DNA from: Malacoraja senta
Lineage: Eukaryota
Direction of reading: 5' to 3'
Length of the DNA: 64,000 bases
Assembly (NCBI GenBank): GCA_038087875.1
Contig: CM075988.1
Coordinates: 21,950,001 to 22,014,000 of the forward strand
The notes under the pieces were generated by a model, which made no database searches, had not been told where the DNA came from, and saw nothing but the letters and a program-made list of their open reading frames with translations. How positions within the stretch are numbered: the stretch's first letter is position 1; each line of letters starts with the position of its first letter. Below, piece after piece: positions 41,193-52,100 of the stretch. The translations under genes and the position numbers were made by a program.

Positions 41193-42209
41193 ACTATGTA
41201 ACTCAGGGGTCTGTGTTGGGTCCACTGTTGTTTGTCATGTACATCAATGATCTGGATGATGGTGTGGAAAATTGGATTAGTAAGTATGCAGATGATACTA
41301 AGATAGGTGGAGAGATTTAGGCCATTTGGAAGAGTGGGCTGAAAGATGGCAGATGGAGTTTAATGCTGATAAATGTGAGGTACTACATCTCGGCAGGACA
41401 AATCAAAATAGGACGTACATGGTAAATGGTAGAGAATTGAGGAATGCAGTTGAACAGAGGGATCTAGGAATAACTGCATAGTTCCCTGAAGGTGGAATCT
41501 CATGTAGATAGGGTGGTAAAGAAAGCTTTTGGGGTGCTGGCCTTTATAAATCAGAGCATTGAATATAGAAGTTGGGATGTAATGTTAAAATTGTACAAGG
41601 CATTGGTGAGGCCAATTCTGGAGTATGGAGTACAATTTTGGTCGCCTAATTATAGGAAGGATGTCAACAAAATAGAGAGAGTACAGAGGAGATTTACTAG
41701 AATGTTGCCTGGGTTTCAGCAACTAAGTTACAGAGAAAGGTTGAACAAGTTAGGTCTTTATTCTTTGGAGCGCAGAAGGTTAAGAGGGGACTTGATAGAG
41801 GTCTTTAAAATTATGAGCGGGTTAGACAGAGTTGACGTGGATAAGCTTTTTCCATTGAGAGTAGGGAAGATTCAAACAAGGGGACATGACTTGAGAATTA
41901 AGGGACAGAAGTTTAGGGGTAACATTAGGGGGAACTTCTTTACTCAGAGAGTGGTAGCTGTGTGGAATGAGCTTCCAGTGGAAGTGGTGGAGGCTGGTTC
42001 GATTTTATCCTTTAAAAATAGATTGGATGGGTATATGGACGGGAAATGAATGGAGGGTTATGGTCTGAGTGCAGGTAGATGGGACTAGGGGGAAGTATTT
42101 TTTTTTTTTTTTAATTTAAAAAAATAAAAAATAAAAAAATGTTCGGCACGGACTTGAAGGGCCGAGATGGCCTGTTTCCGTGCTGTAATGGTTATATGGT
42201 TATATGGTT
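41193..42209 (+). mobile_element. 5'-truncated CR1 insertion
   Basis: QGSVLGP, YADDTK, RPILEYGVQFWSP..; (ATGGTTAT)n tail; AATGTA at 41187-41192 and 42210-42215. Confidence 0.9.
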
Positions 42210-42761
42210 AATGTATAAAGAGCATTTCCATAATATTAATTGGAATAATTTGTTTACTACATATCTCCGTTATTTTTTAGAGAAAAACGTGACAATAAGA
42301 TCCCTGGATCCCTCCTGTTTATTCCCTGAACAGAGGCCCCAGGCAGTAATTCCTGATTAGTACAGGTGTCATGAGTTATGGTGAGAAGGCAGGAGAAAGG
42401 GGTTAGTGGGGAGAGATAGATCAGCCATGATTGAATGGCAGAGAAGACTAGATGGGCCGAATGGCCTAATTCTGCTCCTATAACTTATGAACATGAACAT
42501 ACTGTAAAATTATCCTTCCTTTTCCATCCCATCTCACATGGGTCAGAGGAAAGTTACAGCCGACTTGGACAACAATCTTCTTAAAAAGTGAGGCAATTGT
42601 CCTGGCCACTTGATTATGGACAAAGGGGCCCAAACAGTCACTACAATGGAGGTCAGTTTGGGCAAGATCTTCAGACTTTACTTTACTTTAGAGATACAGC
42701 AGGGAAACAGACCCTTCGGCCTGCTGAATCCGCGCCGACCAGCGATCATTCCATACACTAA

Positions 42762-43070
42762 AGGGGCTGTCCCACGATGCGAGTTTACCCAAGGGCTCTC
42801 CCGAGTTTTAAAAAAAATCAAACTCGTGCTAAGTACGTAGAATGTACGTAGCGGGTACGTCGGAGCTCGTGGACGTCTCGTAGCGGCTCGTAACGCTAAC
42901 GGCAGGTACTCGGGAAACGCGGTAAGTTCGTGAAACTCGTGACGTTTTTTTCAACAGTGTGAAAAATTTCCAACAGTAAAAAAATACTCGTGATGAAGTA
43001 CCACGAGTTTGATTTTTTTTTTTAAACTCGGTAGAGCTCTTGGGTAAATTTGTATCGAGGGACAGGCCCT
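42762..43070. mobile_element. MITE with AGGG(G/C)CTGTCCC terminal inverted repeats
   Basis: AGGGGCTGTCCC..GGGACAGGCCCT interrupts a SINE remnant that is continuous in sister units. Confidence 0.7.
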
Positions 43071-43380
43071 GAACACTATCCTACACACAAGGGACATTTT
43101 ACAATTTACAATTTTTACCAAAGCCAGTTATCCTACAATCCTTTCATGGATCTGTGGTTCAATAAGCAGCATGTTTGCTTGTTCAATACACACCTACACA
43201 ATTGCAACCTAGCGGACAAATCACTGGATGTATGTACATTAATAAATCTGCAACTGAGGGATTCATAAGGTTGAATTTCTTGTTATGTTTATATATATAT
43301 TAGGCAAAGTAAAAGCAATTCTATATTTCAAATGCATTCAAAGTAAAATGTTTATGTGACAATGTGTTGTGTTTATACAG

Positions 43381-43431
43381 CGCCCACTACGCCCACTACG
43401 ACCATGACCACGAAATCCACCACTCCAATGG
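43381..43431 (+). CDS. Microexon 9 (51 nt): APTTPTTTMTTKSTTPM
   Basis: tgtgtttatacAG acceptor, G|GTAAGA donor, phase 1-1. Confidence 0.75.
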
Positions 43432-43654
43432 GTAAGATCACAGGAAGTGCTAGTACTTTCATGCCATTGTATGTGTTTTTCTGTAGCCTCTGCTCATTGC
43501 TACACTCCAAGAATTGCCATGACAAACAGTACGAAATGCTTGTCTTCAGTCTGAAGAAGGGTCTCGACCCGAAACATGTCACCCGTTCCTTCTCTCCAGA
43601 GATGCTGCCTGTCCCGCCGAGTTACTCCAGCGTTTTGTGTCCCTCTTCGGTGTA

Positions 43655-44297
43655 AAGAAAGACAGCGGGGAAACAGGCCCCCCTCACTGACCAGCCATCA
43701 CCCTGTACACAAACACTACCCTGCACACTAGGGACAATTTTACAATTTTTACCGAAGCCAATTAACCTACAAACATGTACGTCTTTTGAGTGTGAGAGGA
43801 AACTGGAGCACCCAGAGAAGACCCACACGGTCACAGGGAGGTGGACACAAAATGCTGGAATAACTCAGAGGCTGAGGCAGCATCTCTGGAGAGAAGGAAT
43901 GGGCGACGTTTCGGGTCGAGACGCTTCTTCAGACTGATGTCTTCAGATAGCCCTTGCCTTCTCGCTCCATCCCCTTCCCTTCCGAGTTCTCCCACTAGTC
44001 CTAGTGTCTCCGACTACATTCTATCTTTGTCCCTCCCCCTCTCCTGACAACAGTCTGAAGAAGGGTCTCGACCCGAAACGTCGCCCATTCCTTCTCTCCA
44101 GAGATGCTGCCTGTCCCGCTGAGTTACTCCAGCATTTTTTATCTACCTTCGATTTAAACCAGCATCTGCATAAGCATCTTTCTTGCACGGTCACAGGGAA
44201 AACGTACAAACTCCGCACAGACAGCTCCCAGAGTCAGGATCGAACCCGCGTCTCTGGCGCTGTGAGGCAGCAACTCTACCGCTGCGCCACCATGCCG
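43655..44297 (-). mobile_element. tRNA-derived SINE interrupted by an inverted Penelope-type repeat pair (~43841-44185)
   Basis: SINE head at ~44230-44296 and body at ~43660-43840; CACGGTCACAGGGA duplicated on both sides of the insert; hammerhead core at 44055(+) and ~43905-43935(-). Confidence 0.65.
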
Positions 44298-44431
44298 CTT
44301 GCTACCCAAGGGACTCCAAGTTTGAATTTACCATCACACTTGCTTATATTGTGCTCAATAGGACAATGCTATATTTGAAATGTATTCAAACTAAAAAAAC
44401 TCATCATGTAATGAATCGTTTTGTCTTTTAG

Positions 44432-44604
44432 TTAATATCAACACGAGGCAATCGATGAGGACCACCATCTACATGAGTACGACAACCAGCACCACGAGAA
44501 GAACAACAGTCACAACTCAAAACTCTGCACCTGGCATTAGCTCCAAGCCACTGCAAGCCTTTGTCTGTATGCTCCTGCTCCTCGTCACTGTGCCAGGGTT
44601 ATAA
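44432..44604 (+). CDS. Terminal exon 10: VNINTRQSMRTTIYMSTTTSTTRRTTVTTQNSAPGISSKPLQAFVCMLLLLVTVPGL* (Thr-rich stalk + GPI-type signal)
   Basis: ttttgtcttttAG acceptor in phase 1; small-residue N-S-A site, polar spacer, hydrophobic tail directly followed by TAA. Confidence 0.8.
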
Positions 44605-44800
44605 ACGGAATAAAAAGCTGCCTCTCAACCAACCTATTCCAAAAACACTTTTCCAACAACCTCCGAGCTTTCCTCTCACAGTACAGCATCAAACATTCTG
44701 TAGGAATGAGTCTTATCAGAACTTGTATTTCCTCAATGATAGAAACTTCACGTTATCGTCCCACTCCCGCTGTCTCGGGTCCCAAACTGAACTCAGCACA

Positions 44801-44806
44801 AATAAA
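44801..44806 (+). promoter_or_regulatory. Candidate polyadenylation signal (alternatives at 44609, 45193, 45886)
   Basis: AATAAA downstream of the stop codon; the site actually used is unknown. Confidence 0.3.
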
Positions 44807-46111
44807 TTCAGGAGACAGCATTCCTATCCTTGTTGGTCTTTGCAACTCTATTACCATTCAGAAACCCATTTATATATGTAAAAAATGCAGTCTTTCCTTA
44901 ATATTCACTCATTCAGTTAGTTTGATCGAATTGGCGTGTTCATGCAATTCGATTACCTCATCCATTATACTTTCTCTGTCGTTTCTATAGCAGGAGCCCT
45001 ATGTTATCATAAACTGAATATTCAACCTCTTCAACATGGAGGCAAAATCAGATAGCCTTCTGCGTTGCTGATCATCTGTGGAAAATGTCGATCTTTTCCA
45101 GTTGCTGTACACGAGGTTGCATGACCAACAAACCATCCGCGGTAATCATAAATCCAAAAGAATCCTCATCATCCTTATCCCTCCACTTTTAAAATAAAAA
45201 ATCTCTATGGCTCATGTTACTTTAAAATATCTATTCCATTCTGAGAGGTAGAGCAAGTATCTACTGGAATAATAGGTCAATAACCTAAACTTCACTAAAT
45301 AATTTTATAAATGTTAAGAAATTCTAATATATATTTTTAATGATCATATTAATTCCTCTGTTTGCAAATTCATAATGACATTATTAACACAGCTGAAGAA
45401 AGGATTGGATTCAGACTTTTGGAATAATCATTCGCTGAACCACTCTGTAATCATGTTAGTTGGTTTGCATCCAATGAATCCTCAGTGAATTTATTCAGCA
45501 TAAAAATACCCTTCGCTTTGCCCCCTGTCTCGAAAGTGCACTGGTTCATACTCACAAACAGCATGGTTCATCCAAAATGGCAACTTTTATTGAATGCTAT
45601 GGTTTCTTTGTTTTTCTTTTATGTCATAATGAACTTTGTTGATGTTTGTTAATGCAGGACATTGCACAATTCTAGACAATCTTAGCATGATACCAAAGGC
45701 AAAAATCTTTTAAGACAAAGACTATGCAATGAAGATTTGCAGAAACAGGTTTGCAGCCTGAAGAATAAATAGGTTATATTGTCCGTTAAGATAAAGCCAT
45801 GGTGGATATCTACTATAATGCATATATTACACAGTTTACCGATGCAATTAAGTGATTTATAAATATTTGTTGAATTCACCTTAATAATAAAAAATTGATC
45901 TTTTGAAAGTCTACAACTTTGTCAATAATATGAGCTTCTTGTCGACACTTGGCCTCTTAAGTGAGTCTGAATCGGGAATATTTTCCATTTTCAACACACA
46001 GTTTTAGCTTTGTTTGAAGAACGGTCCTGATCTGAAACATTACCTACTCATGTCCTCCAGAGATGCTGCCAGACCCCTTGAGTTACTCCAGCACTTTGTG
46101 TCTGCCTTTGT

Positions 46112-46417
46112 TTAGTTTAGTTTAGAGATACAGCATGGAAGCAGGTCCTTTGGCCCATCGAGTCACCCGTTCACACTAGTTTTGTATTATCCCACTTTCT
46201 CAACCACTCCCTGCACTCTAAGGGCAATTTTATAAAGGCCAATTATCCAACAAACCACCCGTTTTTAGGGATGTGGGAGTAAACCAGAGCACCCGAAGGA
46301 AGCTCACCCTGTCACAGGGAGAATGTGCAAACTCCGCATAGACAGCACCCAAGGTGAGAATCGAACTTAGTTCTCTGACGCCGTGAGGCAACGGTTCTAC
46401 CAGCTGCACCACTGTGC
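46112..46417 (-). mobile_element. tRNA-derived SINE (copy at ~54429-54734)
   Basis: Reverse complement of SINE head and core with (CTAAA)n tail. Confidence 0.7.
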
Positions 46418-47629
46418 TGTCCTGTGCATTTGTTGAAGAGCAGCTTTTCAAATTGCAGACAAATAATCGGTGAAGCGACTGAAAATGAAGAGATAGAAAT
46501 TTGGAAGTAGGAAAGGCAAAGAATTCCTGTTGTTAAATATCTACCTCTTGTGAAAGAAACTGAGATTTCTTGCACAGTGAAATTTGCCGCTTTTTCCCTC
46601 AGGACCAATTGTTCAGTTCAGTTTAGTTTATTGTCACGTGTACTGAGGTACGATGAAAAGCTTTCGTTGCGTGCTAACCAGCCAGCGGAGAGACAATACA
46701 TGATTACAATCGAGCCATTCACAGTGTACAGATACATGATAAGGGAATGACATGTAGTGCAAGGTAAAGACACTAAAGTCTGATCAAAGACAATCCAAGG
46801 GTCCCCGATGCAGTTCAACACTGCTCTCTGGTTGTGGTAGGGTGATTCAGTTGCCTGATAACAACTGTGAAGAAACGGTCAACAAACTGTACAAGGTTCC
46901 GTGTTTCCTAAATTACTTCTGGTTGAGGCAACATGGGATCTCCTCCAGAGAGATGCTATGTCACAATCTGTCTACCCTATCGGGGGAGATGCAAAGGATC
47001 TTACAACAAAATTACGTGGAAGAGTTGGAGAATTCTCCCCAGAATAGTGCTATCACAACATTTCGAAGATACTGTATTTGGACAAATACATGGATAGGAA
47101 AAATTTAGAGGGATATGAGCCTACGGGCAGCTGAAATTAGTGTGGAGCGGTCATCTTGATCGGTGTGGGCAAGTTGGGCCGAATATTCTGTTTCCGTGCT
47201 TTATGCTTCTATGACACCATGACCCTAACAAATAATTTGGTTCTTATAACTTTGTTATTATATACAGGGCTCTCACTTAACTTTTTTTCTCTGTTGCCAG
47301 CCGGGCAACCTAGGCAGCTTTTTAGGTTGCCAAATGACAGTTTAGGTGATCATTTAAGACGGCTTGCATGACACGTGCGATAATGTGCTCGGACGAAGTG
47401 CGTAGTTACCAGTCGGAATTATGGTCATTGAAGCATTCACATATTATTTTCTGCTTCAAATAAAGTCACAAACTAAACATATTCACCAATCAAGACATGA
47501 TATATACCACAATGACATGCAGCAAAATTACAATACAGTATCTCAACTCTTTTTACACATTGCAATGAATGCAATTTCTATTATTTCTTTCCACTTCCAA
47601 ACAAAAATCTGGTTGGATTATTCAGCGTA

Positions 47630-47960
47630 TGATCAACCTCGGTGAGACCAAGCGCAGGCTTGGCGATCGCTTCGCACAACACCTCCACTCAGTTCGCAAT
47701 AACCAACCTGATCTCCCGGTGGCTCAGCACTTCAACTCCCCCTCCCATTCCAAATCCGACTTTTCTGTCCTGGGCCTCCTCCATGGCCAGAGTGAGGCCC
47801 ACCGTAAATTGGAGGAACAGCACCTCATATTTTAGCTTGGGTAGTTTACACCCCAGGGGTATGAACAATGGCATCTCCAATTTCAGGTAGTCCTTGCTTT
47901 CTCCCTCCTTCCCCTCCCATTCCCAGCTCTCCCACAGCCTACTGTCTCCGCCTCTTCCTT
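47630..47960 (+). mobile_element. Penelope-like element GIY-YIG endonuclease 3' fragment (copy at ~55947-56277)
   Basis: GETKRRLGDRFAQHLHSVR..PVAQHFNSPSHS..RKLEEQHLIF.LGSLHPRGMN. Confidence 0.85.
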
Positions 47961-48161
47961 TCGTTATATATATACACACACATATTTATTTATCTATCTA
48001 TTTATTTATTTATTTATCTATCTGTTTGTCTGTTCATTTATTTATTTATTTATGTATATAGTTATATATTCATATATAAATATACACTGTTTTGTTTTCT
48101 CATTTATAACATTGTTTACAGAGTACTATGTTTACATATTCTGTTGTGCTGCTGCAAGTAA

Positions 48162-48350
48162 AGGGCCTGTCCCACTTAGGAGACCTCCACAGCAACCTCT
48201 GGTGACCTTGCCCGCCACCCATGGTCGCTGCAAGGTCGCCAAGAGGTCACAGGAGGTTTTGGTCACTCTCCCTAATGGTTGAAAGTGGCTTCAAGGTTGA
48301 AGGCACTCTTCTGGACACGCGGATTAGGTTGCCCAAGTGGGACAGGCCCT
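48162..48350. mobile_element. MITE, PIF/Harbinger-like (copy at ~56477-56665)
   Basis: TIR AGGGCCTGTCCCACTT..AAGTGGGACAGGCCCT flanked by TAA/TTA. Confidence 0.75.
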
Positions 48351-50543
48351 TTAGGGTTTCATTGTTCTAACTGGGACGTGAGAGAATAAAACACTCTTGA
48401 CTCTTGACTTGCGTCGCTAATGTGTGGGATTGAACTAGCGTACGGGTGACCGGTGGTCGGCGTGGACTCGGTGGGCCGAAGGGCCTGTTTCCACACTGTG
48501 TCTTTAAATTAAACTAAAAACACTAAAACCAGAGGAAATCTAAAGAAGGGTCTCTACCCGAAACGTCACCCAATTTCTTCTATCCAGAGTTGCTGGCTGC
48601 TCCACGGAGTTCCCCGCACAATTAAAGCATGGAATAATCTTCACCCTACCATAGTTACCCAACCAGACGCAACTAAATTTAACGTAGCTCTTATTTCCCA
48701 AGAACCCTTTTTTGCTTAAGTCCAAGTCACGAGTCAAGAGAGTTTTATTGTCATGTGTCCCAGATAGGACAATGAAATTCTTGCTTGCTGCAGCACAACA
48801 GAATATGTAAACATAATACAGAACAGGAGATAAAAGTTCAGTGTGTCTATATACCATAGACCATATATATACACAATAAATAAATAGATAAAGTGCAATA
48901 GGCTATTATTTTTCAGAGTTTGGAGTTTGGTGGTGGTGGGTCCACTCCTGTTTAAATTCTATTTGGAATATTTTTGGAGGACCAGGAAACCAAGAAGCAG
49001 GAGTTACTCCAGGGAGTTACTCCAGCTCCCTGGAGTGATTCTGCGTTGGTTTTCAGCGGTCGCAGCAAGGCGGCGACCAGACAGCAATGGCAGCCAGATC
49101 TCCCACAATGCAAAGGGATGGAGAAACTGGCCGACACCAACCAGTTGCCGTGGCAGTGCGCATGTGCAGGGCGGCCGATGATGTGCTGGCCCTGGTTGTG
49201 CGCATGTGCAGGGGGAGGATGTGCAGGCCACGGCAGTGCGCATCAAAGATCCTATAGTGATAGGATCTTTGGTGCGCATGTGTAAGGCGTCTGGCCGTGC
49301 TGGCGGATGAGGAGCAAGCGGAGAGCGGAGACCCGAGACCCGGACACGGATACGGATGGCGGGCGGAGACGGAGAGTGACACAGAGACAGAGATAGAGAG
49401 GAGGCCCGCTCAGAATTAAACGATAGGTGTCCCGGTTGCTTCCCAAGCCGGGCAAATGGCATGGCATTTAGGTTGCCCGGCAGCACTTTAGGTCACCATT
49501 GGCACCCGGGCAACCGCTAATTTCGAGCCCTGATCAGCCATGATCACAGTGAATGGTGGTGCTGGCTCGAAGGGCCGAATGGCCTACTCCTGCACATATT
49601 GTCTATTGTCTAAGATGGCCTAGTCATGGCAAATGTAATTTTTTTATTCTTTAAATAACAGTCTAGAAATTTGCCTTTGCCATTTTTCTCACTTTATGAT
49701 GGTTATCTCCCTAACTCCTTTGAAAGGCTAAAAGATTGCAAGGTTTATTCTCACCCATTAAAAATGTGTTAGGCTTCAACATAATGTTACTCCATTTCAG
49801 AAACAGCCAGAATTACCAGTTGAATTTAGAGTCACAGAGTCATGCAGCACGGAAACTGGCCCTTCGGCCCGACACCTCCATGCCAACCAAGATGCCCCAT
49901 CTAAGCTTAGTTTAGTTTAGTTTTGTTTATTGTCACGGGTACCGAGGTACAGTGAAAAGCTTTTGTTTTTGTTGCGTGCTAACCAGTCAGTGGAAAGACA
50001 ATACATGATTACAACCGAGCCATTCACAGTGTACAGACACATGATAAGGGAATAACGTTTAGTGCAAGATAAAGTCATTAAAGATAGCCCAAGGGTCTCC
50101 AAATGAAGTGGATAGTAGTTCAAGACTGCTCTCTAGTTGTGGTAGGATGGTTCAGTTGTCTGATAACAGCTGGGAAGAAACTGTCCCCGAATCTGGAGGT
50201 GTGCCTTTTGCCCGATGGGAGAAGAGCCAAGAGGGAGTCTCCAGGCACACAGACCCCATTTACCCAGGTTTGGCCCATATTCCTCTACACCTCTCCTATC
50301 TAGCACTCTTTGTCAGGATCTCAGGAAGCAGCTCTTGATGGACCACACTGTAACACAAGCTGTAGTATCTAGCTATTGGGAGCTACTAACAAGGGAAGAG
50401 TGCGCACTACAAACAGAGTGATGGTCATTTGGAATATTCATATATGAAGCAGCAGAATATTCAAATAGTAAGCATCAGGGAATTGAGAGCTGTGGGGATT
50501 AGGCACAGAGGAGGAGTTGAGACCTGGAGCAGTACAACAGTGC

Positions 50544-50903
50544 GGGGCCGGTCCCACTTCGATCGCCGGAGCCGCATGGAGTTGTGCGGAGCTGGTCCCG
50601 ACATCGCGCGGGGCTCCGAAAAACTGACACTGTTCAAAAATTCCGCGCGGCAACGGCCTGCTGCCCCGCAGCCGCATCGAGGCCGTGCGCGCCGCATCGA
50701 CGGCCGTGCGCACCGGTTTGACGTCACTCGACCCCCGCGCGGTCCCCACTTCCGGTTTGGTAGCGCTTGCCGCATGCAGCCGCATGCTCGTGGGACCGGC
50801 CCTGTACGGGGATCACTCGACCTCCGCGCGGCCCCCGCGCGGCCCCTGTTTGCGGTTAGGTCGCGCTTGCCGCATGGAGTCGCATGCCCGTGGGACAGGC
50901 CCT
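50544..50903. mobile_element. GC-rich MITE of the same TIR family (copy at ~58859-59218)
   Basis: GGGCCGGTCCCAC..GTGGGACAGGCCCT; internal duplicated GCGCTTGCCGCATG blocks. Confidence 0.65.
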
Positions 50904-51752
50904 TAAGGGTAGGCTGGAGGTATCAAATACCTTACTGATCCTCCTATTTTCCTTGCAATAGCAGGGGAATCGGCATAGCCTTCACAATGGAGAACAAGTA
51001 GAGGTGGCACAATGGCGCTGGGGTAGAGTTGCTGCCTTACAGCTGACTACGGGTGCTGTCTGTGTGGAGTTTGCACATTCTCTCTGCGACTGTGTGGGTT
51101 TTCTTGGGGTGCTCTGGTTTCCTCCCACATTCCATAGACATGCTGGTTTGCCTTCTGTAAATTGGATAGAACTAGTGTATGGCGTGAGTGTTGGTCAGTG
51201 CGGACTCAGTGGGCTGAAGAGCCTGTTTCTACGCTGTATCTCTAAAACTAAAGAACCCGCACAGGTTACTGAACATGCTGGCAGCCGTCTCTTTAGATGC
51301 ACAACAGAACACCACAGGAAATCATTTTTCCCTGTGGCTATTAAACTGTACAACTCCTCCCCCTTCTGTCATGGGGCAGACTGACTCCAACCCCCCCTCC
51401 CCCCCCCCCTCCCCCACCCCCACCCCACCCCCAAATCTTTGCACATCCACAATCCTGGACATTTCACTCATCACTTTAATTAGTTTCATGTATCTTGTTG
51501 TGTTATATGACTGATGGCAGACCAATTTCCCTCCTGGGATAAAGAACGTTCCATCGTATTGCGACGTATCGCACGAGGGCATACAGCGAGACGTTGCCAG
51601 TAAAATGGAAGAGTAGCCCGCACAGATGTTGTCTCCGCCCAGAAGCGGTATCTCGAAAACTAAAACCAAAGAGACACCAGCGGATGCGCTGGACATACTT
51701 TCCCAGGAAACATTTGATAAGGTGGCATATCAAAGGTTCTTGTGGAAAATAA

Positions 51753-52100
51753 CAATAGACAATAGACAATAGGTGCCGGAGTAGGCCATTCGGCCCTTCG
51801 AGCCAGCACCGCCATTCAATGTGATCATGGCTGATCATCCCTAATCAGTACCCCGTTCCTGCCTTCTCCCCATATCCCCTGACTCCGCTATCTTTAAGAG
51901 CCCTATCTAGCTCTCTCTTGAAAGCATCCAGAGAACCTGCCTCCACCGCCCTCTGAAGCAGAGAATTCCACAGACTCACCACTCTCTGTGAGGAAAAAGT
52001 GTTTCCTCGTCTCCGTTCTAAATGGCTTACTCCTTATTCTTAAACTGTGGCCCCTGGTTCTGGACTCCCCCAACATCGGGAACATGTTTCCTGCCTCTAG
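51753..52100 (-). mobile_element. CR1 3' fragment (copy at ~60070-60415)
   Basis: MFPMLGESRTRGHSLRIR..; (ACAATAG)n tail on the plus strand. Confidence 0.85.

Larger units (their letters stand above)
27270..45330 (+). repeat. Tandem array of ~1-4 kb units, each carrying one exon
   Basis: Exon starts at 27359, 28261, 30552, 33033, 35762, 38038, 39178, 43381 and (divergent) 44432; core unit ~2.3 kb; spurious ORFs recur with the same periodicity. Confidence 0.95.
47265..49532. mobile_element. Non-autonomous hAT-like DNA transposon with nested inserts (copy at 55582-57847)
   Basis: TIR CAGGGCTC..GAGCCCTG; subterminal CCGGGCAACC and TTAGGTTGCC motifs at both ends; no TSD found. Confidence 0.55.

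Noticed and set aside
27270..45330. CRISPR-like repeat/spacer interpretation of the array
   Set aside because: Eukaryotic context, kb-sized units, and the variable parts are splice-site-bounded exons; no cas genes.
50429..50938. 169-aa GC-rich ORF / CpG-island promoter (also 58744-59253)
   Set aside because: Coincides with a TIR-bounded GC-rich MITE; open frames on both strands reflect GC content.
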